Assembly (NCBI GenBank): GCA_003514005.1
Contig: DOSJ01000017.1
Span: 1-55,263 of the forward strand
DNA from: Candidatus Falkowbacteria bacterium
GTDB taxonomy: Bacteria; Patescibacteriota; Patescibacteriia; Patescibacteriales; UBA12075
Length of the DNA stretch: 55,263 nucleotides
Direction: 5' to 3'
This document shows, piece after piece, positions 1 through 8,364 of the stretch (positions are counted from its first letter, which is position 1; every line of letters starts with the position of its first letter). The notes beneath the pieces were generated by a model. The model searched no databases. It had not been told where the DNA came from and worked only from the letters and a program-made list of their open reading frames with translations. Position numbers and translations under genes: made by a program.

Positions 1-20
1 TTCAGTATATCTAGGACTAA

Positions 21-329
21 TCAGGTGGAACTTTAGAGAATAACGAAAATCATAGTGCTGCAATCGCTCGCGAACTAAATGAAGAAATCAAGTGTGCTAT
101 CAAAGAAATGCGTTTTTATCATTCTTTTGACTCGATAAACCAGATCTATAATGTCCCACAAACTGATCATGTATATATCGTTTCAATAAATAACAAGCCT
201 TTTTGCTCTAATGAAATCTGCGAGCTAGGCTGGTTCACAAAAGATGATATATCCGATAATAAAGTAAAAGTTCCGCCTGTGTTTTGGCAAAAAATATATC
301 CCATGCTTATTAACGAGAATTTTTTATGA
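21..329 (+). pseudogene. NUDIX hydrolase, 5'-truncated
   Basis: Reading upstream of the 108..329 ORF in frame gives SGGTLENNENHSAAIARELNEEIK, a NUDIX box (Gx5Ex7REUxEE). In-frame stops at 12-14 and 18-20 cut off the N-terminus. Confidence 0.7.
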
Positions 330-347
330 CGGCTTTTGGCTTACATC

Positions 348-443
348 GCACAACAAGGGATAAAAGGAAAATTGCTCGGCTCGCAATTTTCCCAAATTTT
401 CTCCACTGCGTTCCGAAAACTTCTTTTATCCCTGACGTTAGGC
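348..443 (+). other. attC-like integron cassette recombination site
   Basis: R''-like GCACAAC (348-354), complementary arms GGATAAAAG/CTTTTATCC, two internal hairpins, and R' GTTAGGC (437-443, GTTRRRY). Lies just after a stop codon. Confidence 0.75.
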
Positions 444-488
444 AAAATCGCTTGCGACCTCTCCGCTCCGCTGCGAGGTCACCACGAT
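437..488 (+). repeat. 52-bp hairpin repeat following attC (copy 1)
   Basis: Identical to 2217-2268 except for one base. Internal GACCTC/GAGGTC stem; TTAGGCAAAATCG (438-450) pairs with CGATTTTGCCTAA (485-497). Confidence 0.9.
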
Positions 489-576
489 TTTGCCTAATGT
501 GATATGCGACTACAAGAAATGACAATTTAAATATTCTCCTTTATATAAATTTTTTTCAATTTTATTTTTTAATGCT

Positions 577-906
577 ATGGATTTTAAAGAACTATTACAA
601 TTTATCGACAAACAAGACGGTAAACTTATAAAGAGTTATGAGAGCGGTCATGACAAAGAAAAACGTGTTTTAGCACGAGCCGTCAAACTCGCAGAAGAAA
701 CAGGAGAGCTTTGCAGCGAAGCGCTCTCATACAACAAAAACCAACGTCAAGAAAAACTGGACAACCATAGCGCCAATAGCTTAGCCAACGAAGTTGCTGA
801 TGTTATAATTACGACAATGCTATTAGCAAAAACGACTGACGTGGATATCGAAACAGCATTAAAAAACAAAATTGAAAAAATTAATAAAAGGTTTGAAAAT
901 ATTTAA
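577..906 (+). CDS. MazG-like nucleotide pyrophosphohydrolase
   Basis: LAEETGEL...NEVADV acidic motifs; 109 aa. Confidence 0.85.
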   Translation: MDFKELLQFIDKQDGKLIKSYESGHDKEKRVLARAVKLAEETGELCSEALSYNKNQRQEKLDNHSANSLANEVADVIITTMLLAKTTDVDIETALKNKIEKINKRFENI

Positions 907-922
907 ATTGTCTTTTCTCTTC

Positions 923-1003
923 GTCTAACTTTTTATTTTCCTTTTCTTTATTAGTTGAATAAAGGAAGAAAAATAAAAAGTTCGCATATCACTCTAGTTA
1001 TGT
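923..1003 (+). other. attC-like site, at least its right half
   Basis: GTCTAAC (923-929), an AT-rich hairpin at 927-982, and CATA-TCACTCTA-GTTATGT with the same TA+8nt+GTT spacing as the other attC sites. The left partner is ambiguous (see findings). Confidence 0.55.
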
Positions 1004-1071
1004 GTAATTGAGAAAACGACTAAAAATTAAAAGGGGGCAAAATTTATAAAATCTTAAACAAAACTTCTATT

Positions 1072-2046
1072 ATGACAACTCCAAAATTTGATCATATTGA
1101 TTTTATTAAACAAATAGTTTCTTTTTCTCCGAGGCAACATACCGGAGAAATCAAAACCGCAGATTTTCTAGAAAATTATCTAAAAAAAAGAAAAATTGAT
1201 TTTTTCGTTCAAAAATTCAAAACAACTGTTCCAGTGGAAAAGAAAGTGATTCTTAAAGCAGATGATAAAAATATTCCTTGTAAAAGTACATGCTTTGTAA
1301 GTGGAAAAATTCCAAACAAAGAAAATCTAATTAGTTCTCTTTGTAAAGATTTTCAATATGATGAACAGATTGGATACAATATAAATTTCAATCCTTCGTG
1401 CAAATCCATTTCTTGCGCATGTTTTTACAATTACCCTGCTGTAGCTATAGCTGGAAAAGATGTGAATAAGATTCTAAATGCAAAAAAGGTTGAAGGTTTT
1501 GTAGAAATAAAACCAACAACTTATACAGCAAGAAATATTTTAGTTGGAAATAAAACTAGCCCGAAAGTAATTTGCTTTGCTCATTACGATTCTGTTTTAA
1601 CTGGAGCATGGGATAATGCCTCTGGAGTTTCAACTATAATGGCAAGTATTATCCAACATCCAGAAACTTTGGAAAATGCTCTTTATGTTTTCACTGCCAA
1701 TGAAGAAATGTCATATGATAAAGACCCTGTGTATTGGTGTAAAGGTTTTAGAGCTTTTGAAGAAAAAAATCTTGCAATTATAGAAAAAGCAAAAAGAATC
1801 ATTGTTGTTGACGGAGTTGGAATCAGTCCTTCATATTGGATGGATAAATATGAGAACTTAAAGTCAACAATATTTTTCAGACAACTCAAAAAATTCATGC
1901 CAAAGATTAGAAGGCTTGGAGCAAGCACTTCTAAATTTGCTCAATATCTTTACCACAGTGAGCTGGATACTATAAAACAGATAAAAAAGAAACATTTAAT
2001 CCAAACCTGCCATGAGTTGCACAAAGAGATATCAAAAATAGAATAA
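1072..2046 (+). CDS. M28 family zinc peptidase
   Basis: AHYDS, GAWDNASG, ANEE, DGVG and YHS metal-ligand motifs. Confidence 0.85.
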   Translation: MTTPKFDHIDFIKQIVSFSPRQHTGEIKTADFLENYLKKRKIDFFVQKFKTTVPVEKKVILKADDKNIPCKSTCFVSGKIPNKENLISSLCKDFQYDEQIGYNINFNPSCKSISCACFYNYPAVAIAGKDVNKILNAKKVEGFVEIKPTTYTARNILVGNKTSPKVICFAHYDSVLTGAWDNASGVSTIMASIIQHPETLENALYVFTANEEMSYDKDPVYWCKGFRAFEEKNLAIIEKAKRIIVVDGVGISPSYWMDKYENLKSTIFFRQLKKFMPKIRRLGASTSKFAQYLYHSELDTIKQIKKKHLIQTCHELHKEISKIE

Positions 2047-2139
2047 ATTTTGCCCCCTATAAATTAAAAAAATGGTGCTTCGCACTTGATACGCCGTTTT
2101 CTCAACTATCCTTTCGGTCGGTCGCCTTGCAGTCTCCCC

Positions 2140-2223
2140 ACATAACAGCGATTAAGAGGAAATTTCTTGCAGAAAATTTCCCCAAATTCGCTTCGCGAAC
2201 TTCTCTTAATCGGGATGTTAGGC
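2140..2223 (+). other. attC-like site (84 bp)
   Basis: ACATAAC ... GATTAAGAG/CTCTTAATC arms ... GTTAGGC. CACATAAC is complementary to GTTATGTG at the cassette start (997). Confidence 0.8.
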
Positions 2224-2268
2224 AAAATCGCTTGCGACCTCTCCGCTCCGCTACGAGGTCACCACGAT
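2217..2268 (+). repeat. 52-bp hairpin repeat following attC (copy 2)
   Basis: One mismatch versus 437-488. Confidence 0.9.
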
Positions 2269-2338
2269 ATACGCAATAATAAAAAACCTCCTTTATTTAA
2301 TAAATAATTTTTGCATTGTAAAGCCAAACAAAAAAATT

Positions 2339-2725
2339 ATGGTTTTCTTCGAAGAATTTTTTCCATTTAATAAAGACAGTAAAATGAGACCAGGGCAGGA
2401 TGATGTTCCAGAAAGAGTTGCTCAAAGAGATTTTGGCAATGAGCAACCTAATCAGAAAATTGAAAAAGACTCAACTGCAGAAGAAATTTGCACTGAAGTT
2501 CAAAGAAAGATTGATGATCCAAAATCTATAAACCCAATCTCTTTTTTCAAATACAGGGGAGTTAATCTAAAAATCGGTATTTTAAGAAATTTGGGGAAAA
2601 TGCACTATGGTATTCAATTTGAAGGAGAATCTAAAGAAGAAAACGAAACTAGCGTAGGGAATATTGAAAAAAAAATTAACGAAATTCTTAAAGAAATTGA
2701 TAAGCGAATTGATAATAAATCATAA
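2339..2725 (+). CDS. hypothetical protein (probable cassette cargo)
   Basis: 128-aa ORF after an attC, followed by TTACATCGTACAAC (2765-2778), which resembles TTACATCGCACAAC (341-354) before attC1. Confidence 0.65.
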   Translation: MVFFEEFFPFNKDSKMRPGQDDVPERVAQRDFGNEQPNQKIEKDSTAEEICTEVQRKIDDPKSINPISFFKYRGVNLKIGILRNLGKMHYGIQFEGESKEENETSVGNIEKKINEILKEIDKRIDNKS

Positions 2726-2842
2726 AATGCCAAAACCATCTTTAACAACGAATGATTTTTTTAATTACATCGTACAACCAACACTCGTGATGAATAGCCC
2801 ACAATGTTCATGGACTTGAACAATATCATTTTTTTCCAAAAT

Positions 2843-2889
2843 AAAAAGGGGCAAAGAAATTTTTTTTCAAAAAATTCTTTGCCCCGTTT
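2843..2889. terminator. bidirectional intrinsic terminator-like hairpin
   Basis: GGGGCAAAGAA/TTCTTTGCCCC stem with A/T tails between convergent genes. Confidence 0.7.
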
Positions 2890-2975
2890 AAACGAATCAA
2901 TTTCCAAAATTCACACTCCATTTGAGATAATTTCCAGATTCAAAACCGGTTTCAAAAATGAACAAGTTTCAAGAT

Positions 2976-4217
2976 TTAAGAACAACGTTTTCGACCGGCA
3001 AACGCCAGTCCGATGAGTCCGCTTCCAAAAAGCAGAAGCGTAGCCGGTTCCGGAACAGGGTTCTGTCCGGGATTATCCGGTGCTTTGGTGTAGGTAACGC
3101 GAGTCGCAGAAGTAAAATCAATCGACCCGCCGGCAATAGCGCCGTCCAGTGTCCAATCAATGGTTGAGAGAAAATCCTTGTTTCCTAAATTCAAATAATT
3201 GAATTCGAACTGCGTAGGATCCAGCGAATTAATCCACCCGATCAGACTATCGTTGTTATCCCCGATTTTAGTTCCGGCAACATAGATCAGCCCATCGGGG
3301 TTGATGGCGGCATCGTAAATCTGCGATTCCAAATCAAACCCGTATATATCATCCACACCATAAGCCAGGTTTCCGTCCAGATGCAGGTAGTATGATCTAT
3401 CCGCTGTTGTAGTGAAAGAATTCCCCAGCACATAGATCTCGCCATTTTGCGAAATAATATCCGCAATCATGTCCTCCCCAAACAATCCGCCATAATCAAA
3501 CGTGACTGGCGCTTGATTTCGCTCGCCCTCGCCATTCAGATTGAATATCGCAAGATTGTGATTGGAAACATTGTCATTAGCACCCCGCTGTCCGCAACTG
3601 ACAGCAAGAATAATGTCCCCGCCATTTTGCGTCACAGAAATCCCCGCGATCGATGGCGCTGTCAATCCCAGTCCGCTTAGGTCAAGCGTTTTCATCTGCG
3701 TCCAGACAGGTTGATCATTCGCATCAGTTTTCATCATCTGAACACCTTTGGTGTTATACGAAAAATATATTGAAGTTCCGTCCGCATTTCGAATAGACAT
3801 TTTCGGATACATAACTTCGCCAGAAATTGGCGATTCCCAACTTGATTTTCTAACCGAAGAAGTCAGATTAAAATTAAAGCTTGTAATACCGTTTTTTGTT
3901 GTTCCCGCTCCGGAAAAAACATTAAAATCCGTAATCAAACCGCTGGAATTATAAATTGGTTCAATTGCTCTCGCGCCAGACACTGCTCTCGTTGCTTGGT
4001 ATATCACATTGCCATTTACATCACAACGCACAACTGTATTTCCGCGAAGTTCTACTGTACCAATAAAATTAGAACTGCCTTTTGGCTCAAAAAGACTCAC
4101 AATAATTCCAACTGAACTCCCAGATACAATTTCGGTTGTAATATCAGCGTATAAAAAGCTGATAAAAACAAATAAATACGTAAATACTACAAAAAATACT
4201 CTCAAATATTTTTTCAT
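2976..4217 (-). CDS. PEP-CTERM sorting domain-containing secreted protein
   Basis: Signal peptide MKKYLRVFF... with GGAGAGG RBS upstream of 4217; C-terminal VPEPATLLLFGSGLIGLAFAGRKR (PEP motif, TM helix, basic tail). Confidence 0.9.
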   Translation of the reverse strand: MKKYLRVFFVVFTYLFVFISFLYADITTEIVSGSSVGIIVSLFEPKGSSNFIGTVELRGNTVVRCDVNGNVIYQATRAVSGARAIEPIYNSSGLITDFNVFSGAGTTKNGITSFNFNLTSSVRKSSWESPISGEVMYPKMSIRNADGTSIYFSYNTKGVQMMKTDANDQPVWTQMKTLDLSGLGLTAPSIAGISVTQNGGDIILAVSCGQRGANDNVSNHNLAIFNLNGEGERNQAPVTFDYGGLFGEDMIADIISQNGEIYVLGNSFTTTADRSYYLHLDGNLAYGVDDIYGFDLESQIYDAAINPDGLIYVAGTKIGDNNDSLIGWINSLDPTQFEFNYLNLGNKDFLSTIDWTLDGAIAGGSIDFTSATRVTYTKAPDNPGQNPVPEPATLLLFGSGLIGLAFAGRKRCS

Positions 4218-4336
4218 TTTCCTCTCCTTTGATATTGTGTTTGTCAATGTTCAAATTTATATAAAAATAGCACTATTTAACTAATTTGTCAATACCATAA
4301 ATTAATTGTTTTATTTACATGGCATCAACACATTAT

Positions 4337-4795
4337 TTAAAATTTTAATTCAATTACTCGATTTACGTCACTAAATTTACCGTATGAAATTAAAGTAGTG
4401 ATTGGATCCGCATGACTATAGTTTATACTATAATAAGTTTCGTTTAATAACTTTTGTCTTCCCGTAGGACACAATACGTTACAAGAAATAATTACACCAT
4501 CAGTCTCAGAATCAAAACAAATAAATTCATTATTATTACAAGAAGGAATTACAGAATCATCTACGAAAACTATTGGATCATTTTTATTCTTCCTAAACTC
4601 CCACAAAATCCTCTCCGCCCCCGCCTCCGCGGCAAAAAAAGCCTTGGTTGATTGGACCTGGTCGGTGCCAAGGTGAAGGCCATTCACAACGATAGCAGAA
4701 AGGGATAAGGAGATAATCAAAACACTGGTCAGGACGAAGAATGTCATGACGAGCATAGCGGAGCCGGTTTGGGATTTTAAAATATTTTTTGTCAT
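4337..4795 (-). CDS. PilX-like minor pilin
   Basis: G|SAML hydrophobic helix and STKAFFAAEAGAE PilX N-terminal motif; part of the pilin cluster. Confidence 0.8.
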   Translation of the reverse strand: MTKNILKSQTGSAMLVMTFFVLTSVLIISLSLSAIVVNGLHLGTDQVQSTKAFFAAEAGAERILWEFRKNKNDPIVFVDDSVIPSCNNNEFICFDSETDGVIISCNVLCPTGRQKLLNETYYSINYSHADPITTLISYGKFSDVNRVIELKF

Positions 4796-4806
4796 TAAAT
4801 ATTTAC

Positions 4807-5118
4807 TTAAACAAATTTTATCTCTGCCCTAACATTGTATTCATTGCAAATTCTTTGAATGATTGCGGTGCCGGGAAAAACTTGCCCGTTTTCTATGCGA
4901 GAAATTACCGCCTGAGTGGTGTTGATTTTCTCAGCCAGTTCTTTTTGCGATATTTTTTTCTTTTTTCTAAACCTGATTATTTCATCCGCTAATTGCAACT
5001 TAACCATTTCCGAATGAAACGCTTTTTTAAATTCTGATTTCAGCATATTTTTTTTTAGTTCATCATCAAAAGAAGATGCTAATTTTTTTATGCTTTTTTT
5101 TGTTTTTTTACTATTCAT
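4807..5118 (-). CDS. XRE-family HTH antitoxin (HigA-like)
   Basis: SQKELAEKINTTQAVISRIENG HTH; 4-nt overlap with the upstream toxin gene. Confidence 0.85.
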   Translation of the reverse strand: MNSKKTKKSIKKLASSFDDELKKNMLKSEFKKAFHSEMVKLQLADEIIRFRKKKKISQKELAEKINTTQAVISRIENGQVFPGTAIIQRICNEYNVRAEIKFV

Positions 5119-5480
5119 ATATGCAATGTAAAATTATTTTTAAAATCCAAATATTTTTCCTGTGCGATTACAAGCTCTTTTTTTGGCGTTTCTTCTCCTT
5201 CTTTTTTTGAAAAAGCATGCAACAGAACCAAATAATCATCTTGCCAAATACAATATATTATCCGATGAAGATTTTTTGAAATCTTAACCCGGATTTCCGA
5301 AAAATCATATCCCCTCATATTCTTGCTAATAAAATTTCCAGCCTTTCCATCCTTTTCTGATACATAAAAAATATTTGCCATTACCTTGGCTTTATCTGAA
5401 TCTTTTTTGATAGCATCGAGATATGTTTTTACCGGAATATTATTCGTTCCTGATTCAACATAATATATTATTTTCAACAT
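5115..5480 (-). CDS. RelE/ParE-superfamily toxin (HigB/Gp49-like)
   Basis: SEIRVK..HRIIY...VLLHAFSKK...TPKKE motif; toxin-first gene order. Confidence 0.85.
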   Translation of the reverse strand: MLKIIYYVESGTNNIPVKTYLDAIKKDSDKAKVMANIFYVSEKDGKAGNFISKNMRGYDFSEIRVKISKNLHRIIYCIWQDDYLVLLHAFSKKEGEETPKKELVIAQEKYLDFKNNFTLHI

Positions 5481-5484
5481 TTTT

Positions 5485-5513
5485 AGTATATACCTTTAAA
5501 GATATATTGTCAA
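5485..5513 (-). promoter_or_regulatory. sigma70 promoter of the TA operon (probably leaderless mRNA)
   Basis: TTGACA-17nt-TATACT on the minus strand, 4 nt before the ATG. Confidence 0.7.
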
Positions 5514-5528
5514 TTTTTATTATTTTTA

Positions 5529-5564
5529 GCGTAGAGACGCCCCGCTGGGACGTCTTCTCTACGC
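5529..5564. repeat. GTAG-type REP-like palindrome
   Basis: GCGTAGAGACGCCCCGCTGGGACGTCTTCTCTACGC, an imperfect hairpin at a module junction. Confidence 0.6.
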
Positions 5565-5565
5565 A

Positions 5566-5652
5566 CCATTTACAACGATCGCGGAAAGGGATAAGGATAT
5601 AATCAAAATACTGGTCAGGACAAAAAATGTCATGAGAAGCATGGCGGAGCCG
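5566..5652 (-). pseudogene. orphan copy of the pilX-like 5' end
   Basis: Translates as GSAMLLMTFFVLTSILIISLSLSAIVVNG, versus GSAMLVMTFFVLTSVLIISLSLSAIVVNG in 4337..4795. Confidence 0.9.
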
Positions 5653-5662
5653 TAAATAATTA

Positions 5663-6811
5663 TTACTTTCCGTCATCAAATAAACCAACGTATTTTTTGT
5701 AAATATATGTTTGTCCGTATTTTTTTTCCTTATTTCTTGGTTGCAATATTTCCATTTTGACAAAACGATCAATCACGGTTTGCACACCAGCGCGTGTAAA
5801 GCCTGTCCATTTTTGAATAGTATTTACATCAACAATCGGTTGTCCATAAAGTTTTGGCAGGATTATACCGGCGCTTTCCGCCGCGCGCGTACCCAGTTTG
5901 TGGATTTTAATAAAATCTTTTTCACGCAATACAGTAATTTTATCAACAATATCGATCGCTTCATTGGCAATCTCAACTACGCCTTCCAGAAAAAAATTCA
6001 GCCATTCATAAACTTGTCCATTGTGATAGCCGAGTAATTTTTCGTAGTATAGTTGCTGATGTCTTTTAAAAAAAGAAGACAAAAATAAAACCGGCTTTTC
6101 CAGATAGCCTTGTTTCCAAAGAAAAAAGGTGATCAACATGCGGCCTGTTCTGCCGTTACCGTCCAGAAACGGATGGATAGTTTCAAATTGCGCATGAATT
6201 AATCCGGCCTTTATTATTGTTGGCACATCATCGTCGGTATGGATGAATTTTTCCAGGTCAGCCAAGGCGCGTTGCATTTCCGGGACTGGTGGCGGAACAA
6301 AAATGGCAGTGCTTGGTCTGGTGCCACCAATCCAGTTTTGGCTTTTACGAAATTCTCCGGGGTCTGAAAAATGAGTGGCTCTCGCCTGACTCATGAGTTG
6401 TTTGTGAAGCTCTCGAACAAAACGAAGCGACATCGGAAAATTATCAACGGTTATTCTTTTTATCCCGTAGTTCAATGCTTTTATGTAATGTAAAATATCA
6501 TCTACATCGCTGGATTCATTTGTTTCAGTTTTAATGCCAGCTTCAATTGCGTTTATCATGGTAGCGCGAGTGCCCTCGATCTGACTCGACGAAGCAGCGT
6601 CTTTACGCAAATACATTAAAAGAAAAAAATCAGAATCTGGCAAAAATTTTGTAATCCCGTCTAGTTTGCCAAGCAAGCGAGTCGCTTCATTGCAGATTTT
6701 TATGGTTTTTATATCAAAAAAAAATCCTTCTTTGGGTGGAAAAGGGCTTGGTATAAAGGCTTTAAAACCTTCAATTTGTTGAATACTGGTACCAATTTTG
6801 ATATTTTTCAT
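5663..6811 (-). CDS. Fic family protein (class II, N-terminal inhibitory helix)
   Basis: HPFLDGNGRTGR active-site motif and SSQIEG inhibitory motif. Confidence 0.92.
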   Translation of the reverse strand: MKNIKIGTSIQQIEGFKAFIPSPFPPKEGFFFDIKTIKICNEATRLLGKLDGITKFLPDSDFFLLMYLRKDAASSSQIEGTRATMINAIEAGIKTETNESSDVDDILHYIKALNYGIKRITVDNFPMSLRFVRELHKQLMSQARATHFSDPGEFRKSQNWIGGTRPSTAIFVPPPVPEMQRALADLEKFIHTDDDVPTIIKAGLIHAQFETIHPFLDGNGRTGRMLITFFLWKQGYLEKPVLFLSSFFKRHQQLYYEKLLGYHNGQVYEWLNFFLEGVVEIANEAIDIVDKITVLREKDFIKIHKLGTRAAESAGIILPKLYGQPIVDVNTIQKWTGFTRAGVQTVIDRFVKMEILQPRNKEKKYGQTYIYKKYVGLFDDGK

Positions 6812-6835
6812 AGTTTGTTTTGTCTTTGTTTAATA

Positions 6836-6889
6836 TATACAAAGTGTACTACTTTGTATATATTGTGTCAATGGATGTATACAAAGTGT
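6836..6889 (-). promoter_or_regulatory. Fic promoter with putative operator repeats
   Basis: TTGACA (6866-6871)-17nt-TACACT (6843-6848); palindrome TATACAAAGT/ACTTTGTATA and a second TATACAAAGTGT at 6878-6889. Confidence 0.6.
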
Positions 6890-6915
6890 CATATTCCCAA
6901 AATCCTATTACATAT

Positions 6916-7025
6916 CATTCACAACAATCGGGGAAAGGGACAAGGAGATAATCAAAATACTGTTCAGGACGAAGAATGTCATGACAAGCATGGCAGAGCC
7001 GTGTTGGGATTTAAGAATATTTTTT
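6916..7025 (-). pseudogene. second orphan copy of the pilX-like 5' end
   Basis: Translates as KNILKSQHGSAMLVMTFFVLNSILIISLSLSPIVVN. Confidence 0.9.
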
Positions 7026-7031
7026 AGCTTT

Positions 7032-8276
7032 TTATAAAACTTCGTAGAACGGAATAAATTTTACCAATGTATTATTTATTTTTACTTCAGATTTGTAAGA
7101 TAAATTTACAACCCATGCCTCTATTGGTTTATACTTTTCAATAAAATTGCGAAGTGAAACCGCGACGTTATTATTTTTTAGATTGGAATATTTTACTTCA
7201 ATCGGTAAAACTGTCTGTCCGCTTTTCATAACAAAATCAACTTCGGCACCGCCCAGTGTTCTCCAAAAATAAATATCTTGAGCGCTGTCTTTTATTTTTT
7301 CTTGCAATTGATTGGCAATAAAGTTTTGAAAAACAAATCCTAATTGTTCTGGTTGATTCAGATTTCCAAATAATCCTAAGGAAAAATTCCGCAGGCCCAA
7401 ATCATAAAAATACGCAATCGGCGACTTGGTTATTTCTTTACGTATATTTCTAAAAAACGGATGAATCAGTTTTATCGAATATGTTTTTTCTGCATACCAG
7501 ATATAATTTTTTATTGAAGCAACTGATATTCCAACCTCATCAGCCAATTTTGAATGCTTGATAATCTTACCCGATTGACTTGCCAATAGTTTTATCAGTG
7601 TTCCAAAAGCATCCGCCCGATCGATATTCAACAAGACTGCAATATCTTTTTCAATATAAGAGCGGAAAATTTCATTGATTATTTTTATTTTTTCTGTTTC
7701 TGCTTTTTCCAAAATTACGCGCGGATAACCGCCAAAATTTAAATATTCATTCAAAAATCCGGAAACCTTATCAGATTCCAACAAGAAAAAATCTGATAAT
7801 TTATCTTTGTATTTATATTCTGTTTTAAAATTTACTAACTCCTCAAAACTGACGGTATTTAATTCAAATATTCTTTTTCTACCGGCCAATGATTCATGGA
7901 TTTTTTCTTTTAGCTCAAGGCTTCCCGATCCGGACACGATAAATTTATATGGCAAGTTCATGTCATAGATGCCTTTCAAAAATAATCCGGCATTTTCTTT
8001 CCTTTGGATTTCATCAATAAAAACATAACCGCTTTTTCCCCCAAATTCCAATCTTATTTTTTCTAAAAGTTTATTTTGGGATTCTAGAAAAATTTTATCT
8101 GACTCAAAATCAAAATTAAAAAAAGCTACATTTTCACCTTTTTTTTCAAGAAAACTTTTTAATTCCAACATTAAAGTAGTTTTTCCCGATTGTCTTGGAC
8201 CCGTTATTAGCGAAATTTCTTTTGAATTAAGGTGTTTTTTTAATAATTCAAATATTTTTCGTTCAATTATTTTCAT
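7032..8276 (-). CDS. AAA_14/DUF4143-type ATP-binding protein
   Basis: GPRQSGKT Walker A, FIDEIQ Walker B, GGYP, and C-terminal EVDFV...PIEVK nuclease-like motif. Confidence 0.9.
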   Translation of the reverse strand: MKIIERKIFELLKKHLNSKEISLITGPRQSGKTTLMLELKSFLEKKGENVAFFNFDFESDKIFLESQNKLLEKIRLEFGGKSGYVFIDEIQRKENAGLFLKGIYDMNLPYKFIVSGSGSLELKEKIHESLAGRKRIFELNTVSFEELVNFKTEYKYKDKLSDFFLLESDKVSGFLNEYLNFGGYPRVILEKAETEKIKIINEIFRSYIEKDIAVLLNIDRADAFGTLIKLLASQSGKIIKHSKLADEVGISVASIKNYIWYAEKTYSIKLIHPFFRNIRKEITKSPIAYFYDLGLRNFSLGLFGNLNQPEQLGFVFQNFIANQLQEKIKDSAQDIYFWRTLGGAEVDFVMKSGQTVLPIEVKYSNLKNNNVAVSLRNFIEKYKPIEAWVVNLSYKSEVKINNTLVKFIPFYEVL

Positions 8277-8364
8277 AAAAATTAGCCAATATTAAATAAT
8301 TTATTAATCTACTCGATATTTTGATATATCTGTTATATTTTTTATCCAATAAATCAATAAGTAT

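Noticed and set aside
310-525. 71-aa minus-strand ORF
   Set aside because: It lies entirely over the attC and the 52-bp hairpin and has no protein features.
2843-2889. Resemblance of this hairpin to the AGGGGGCAAAA/TTTTGCCCCCT arms around the M28 gene
   Set aside because: Only about 8-9 low-complexity bases match; it is adequately explained as a terminator.
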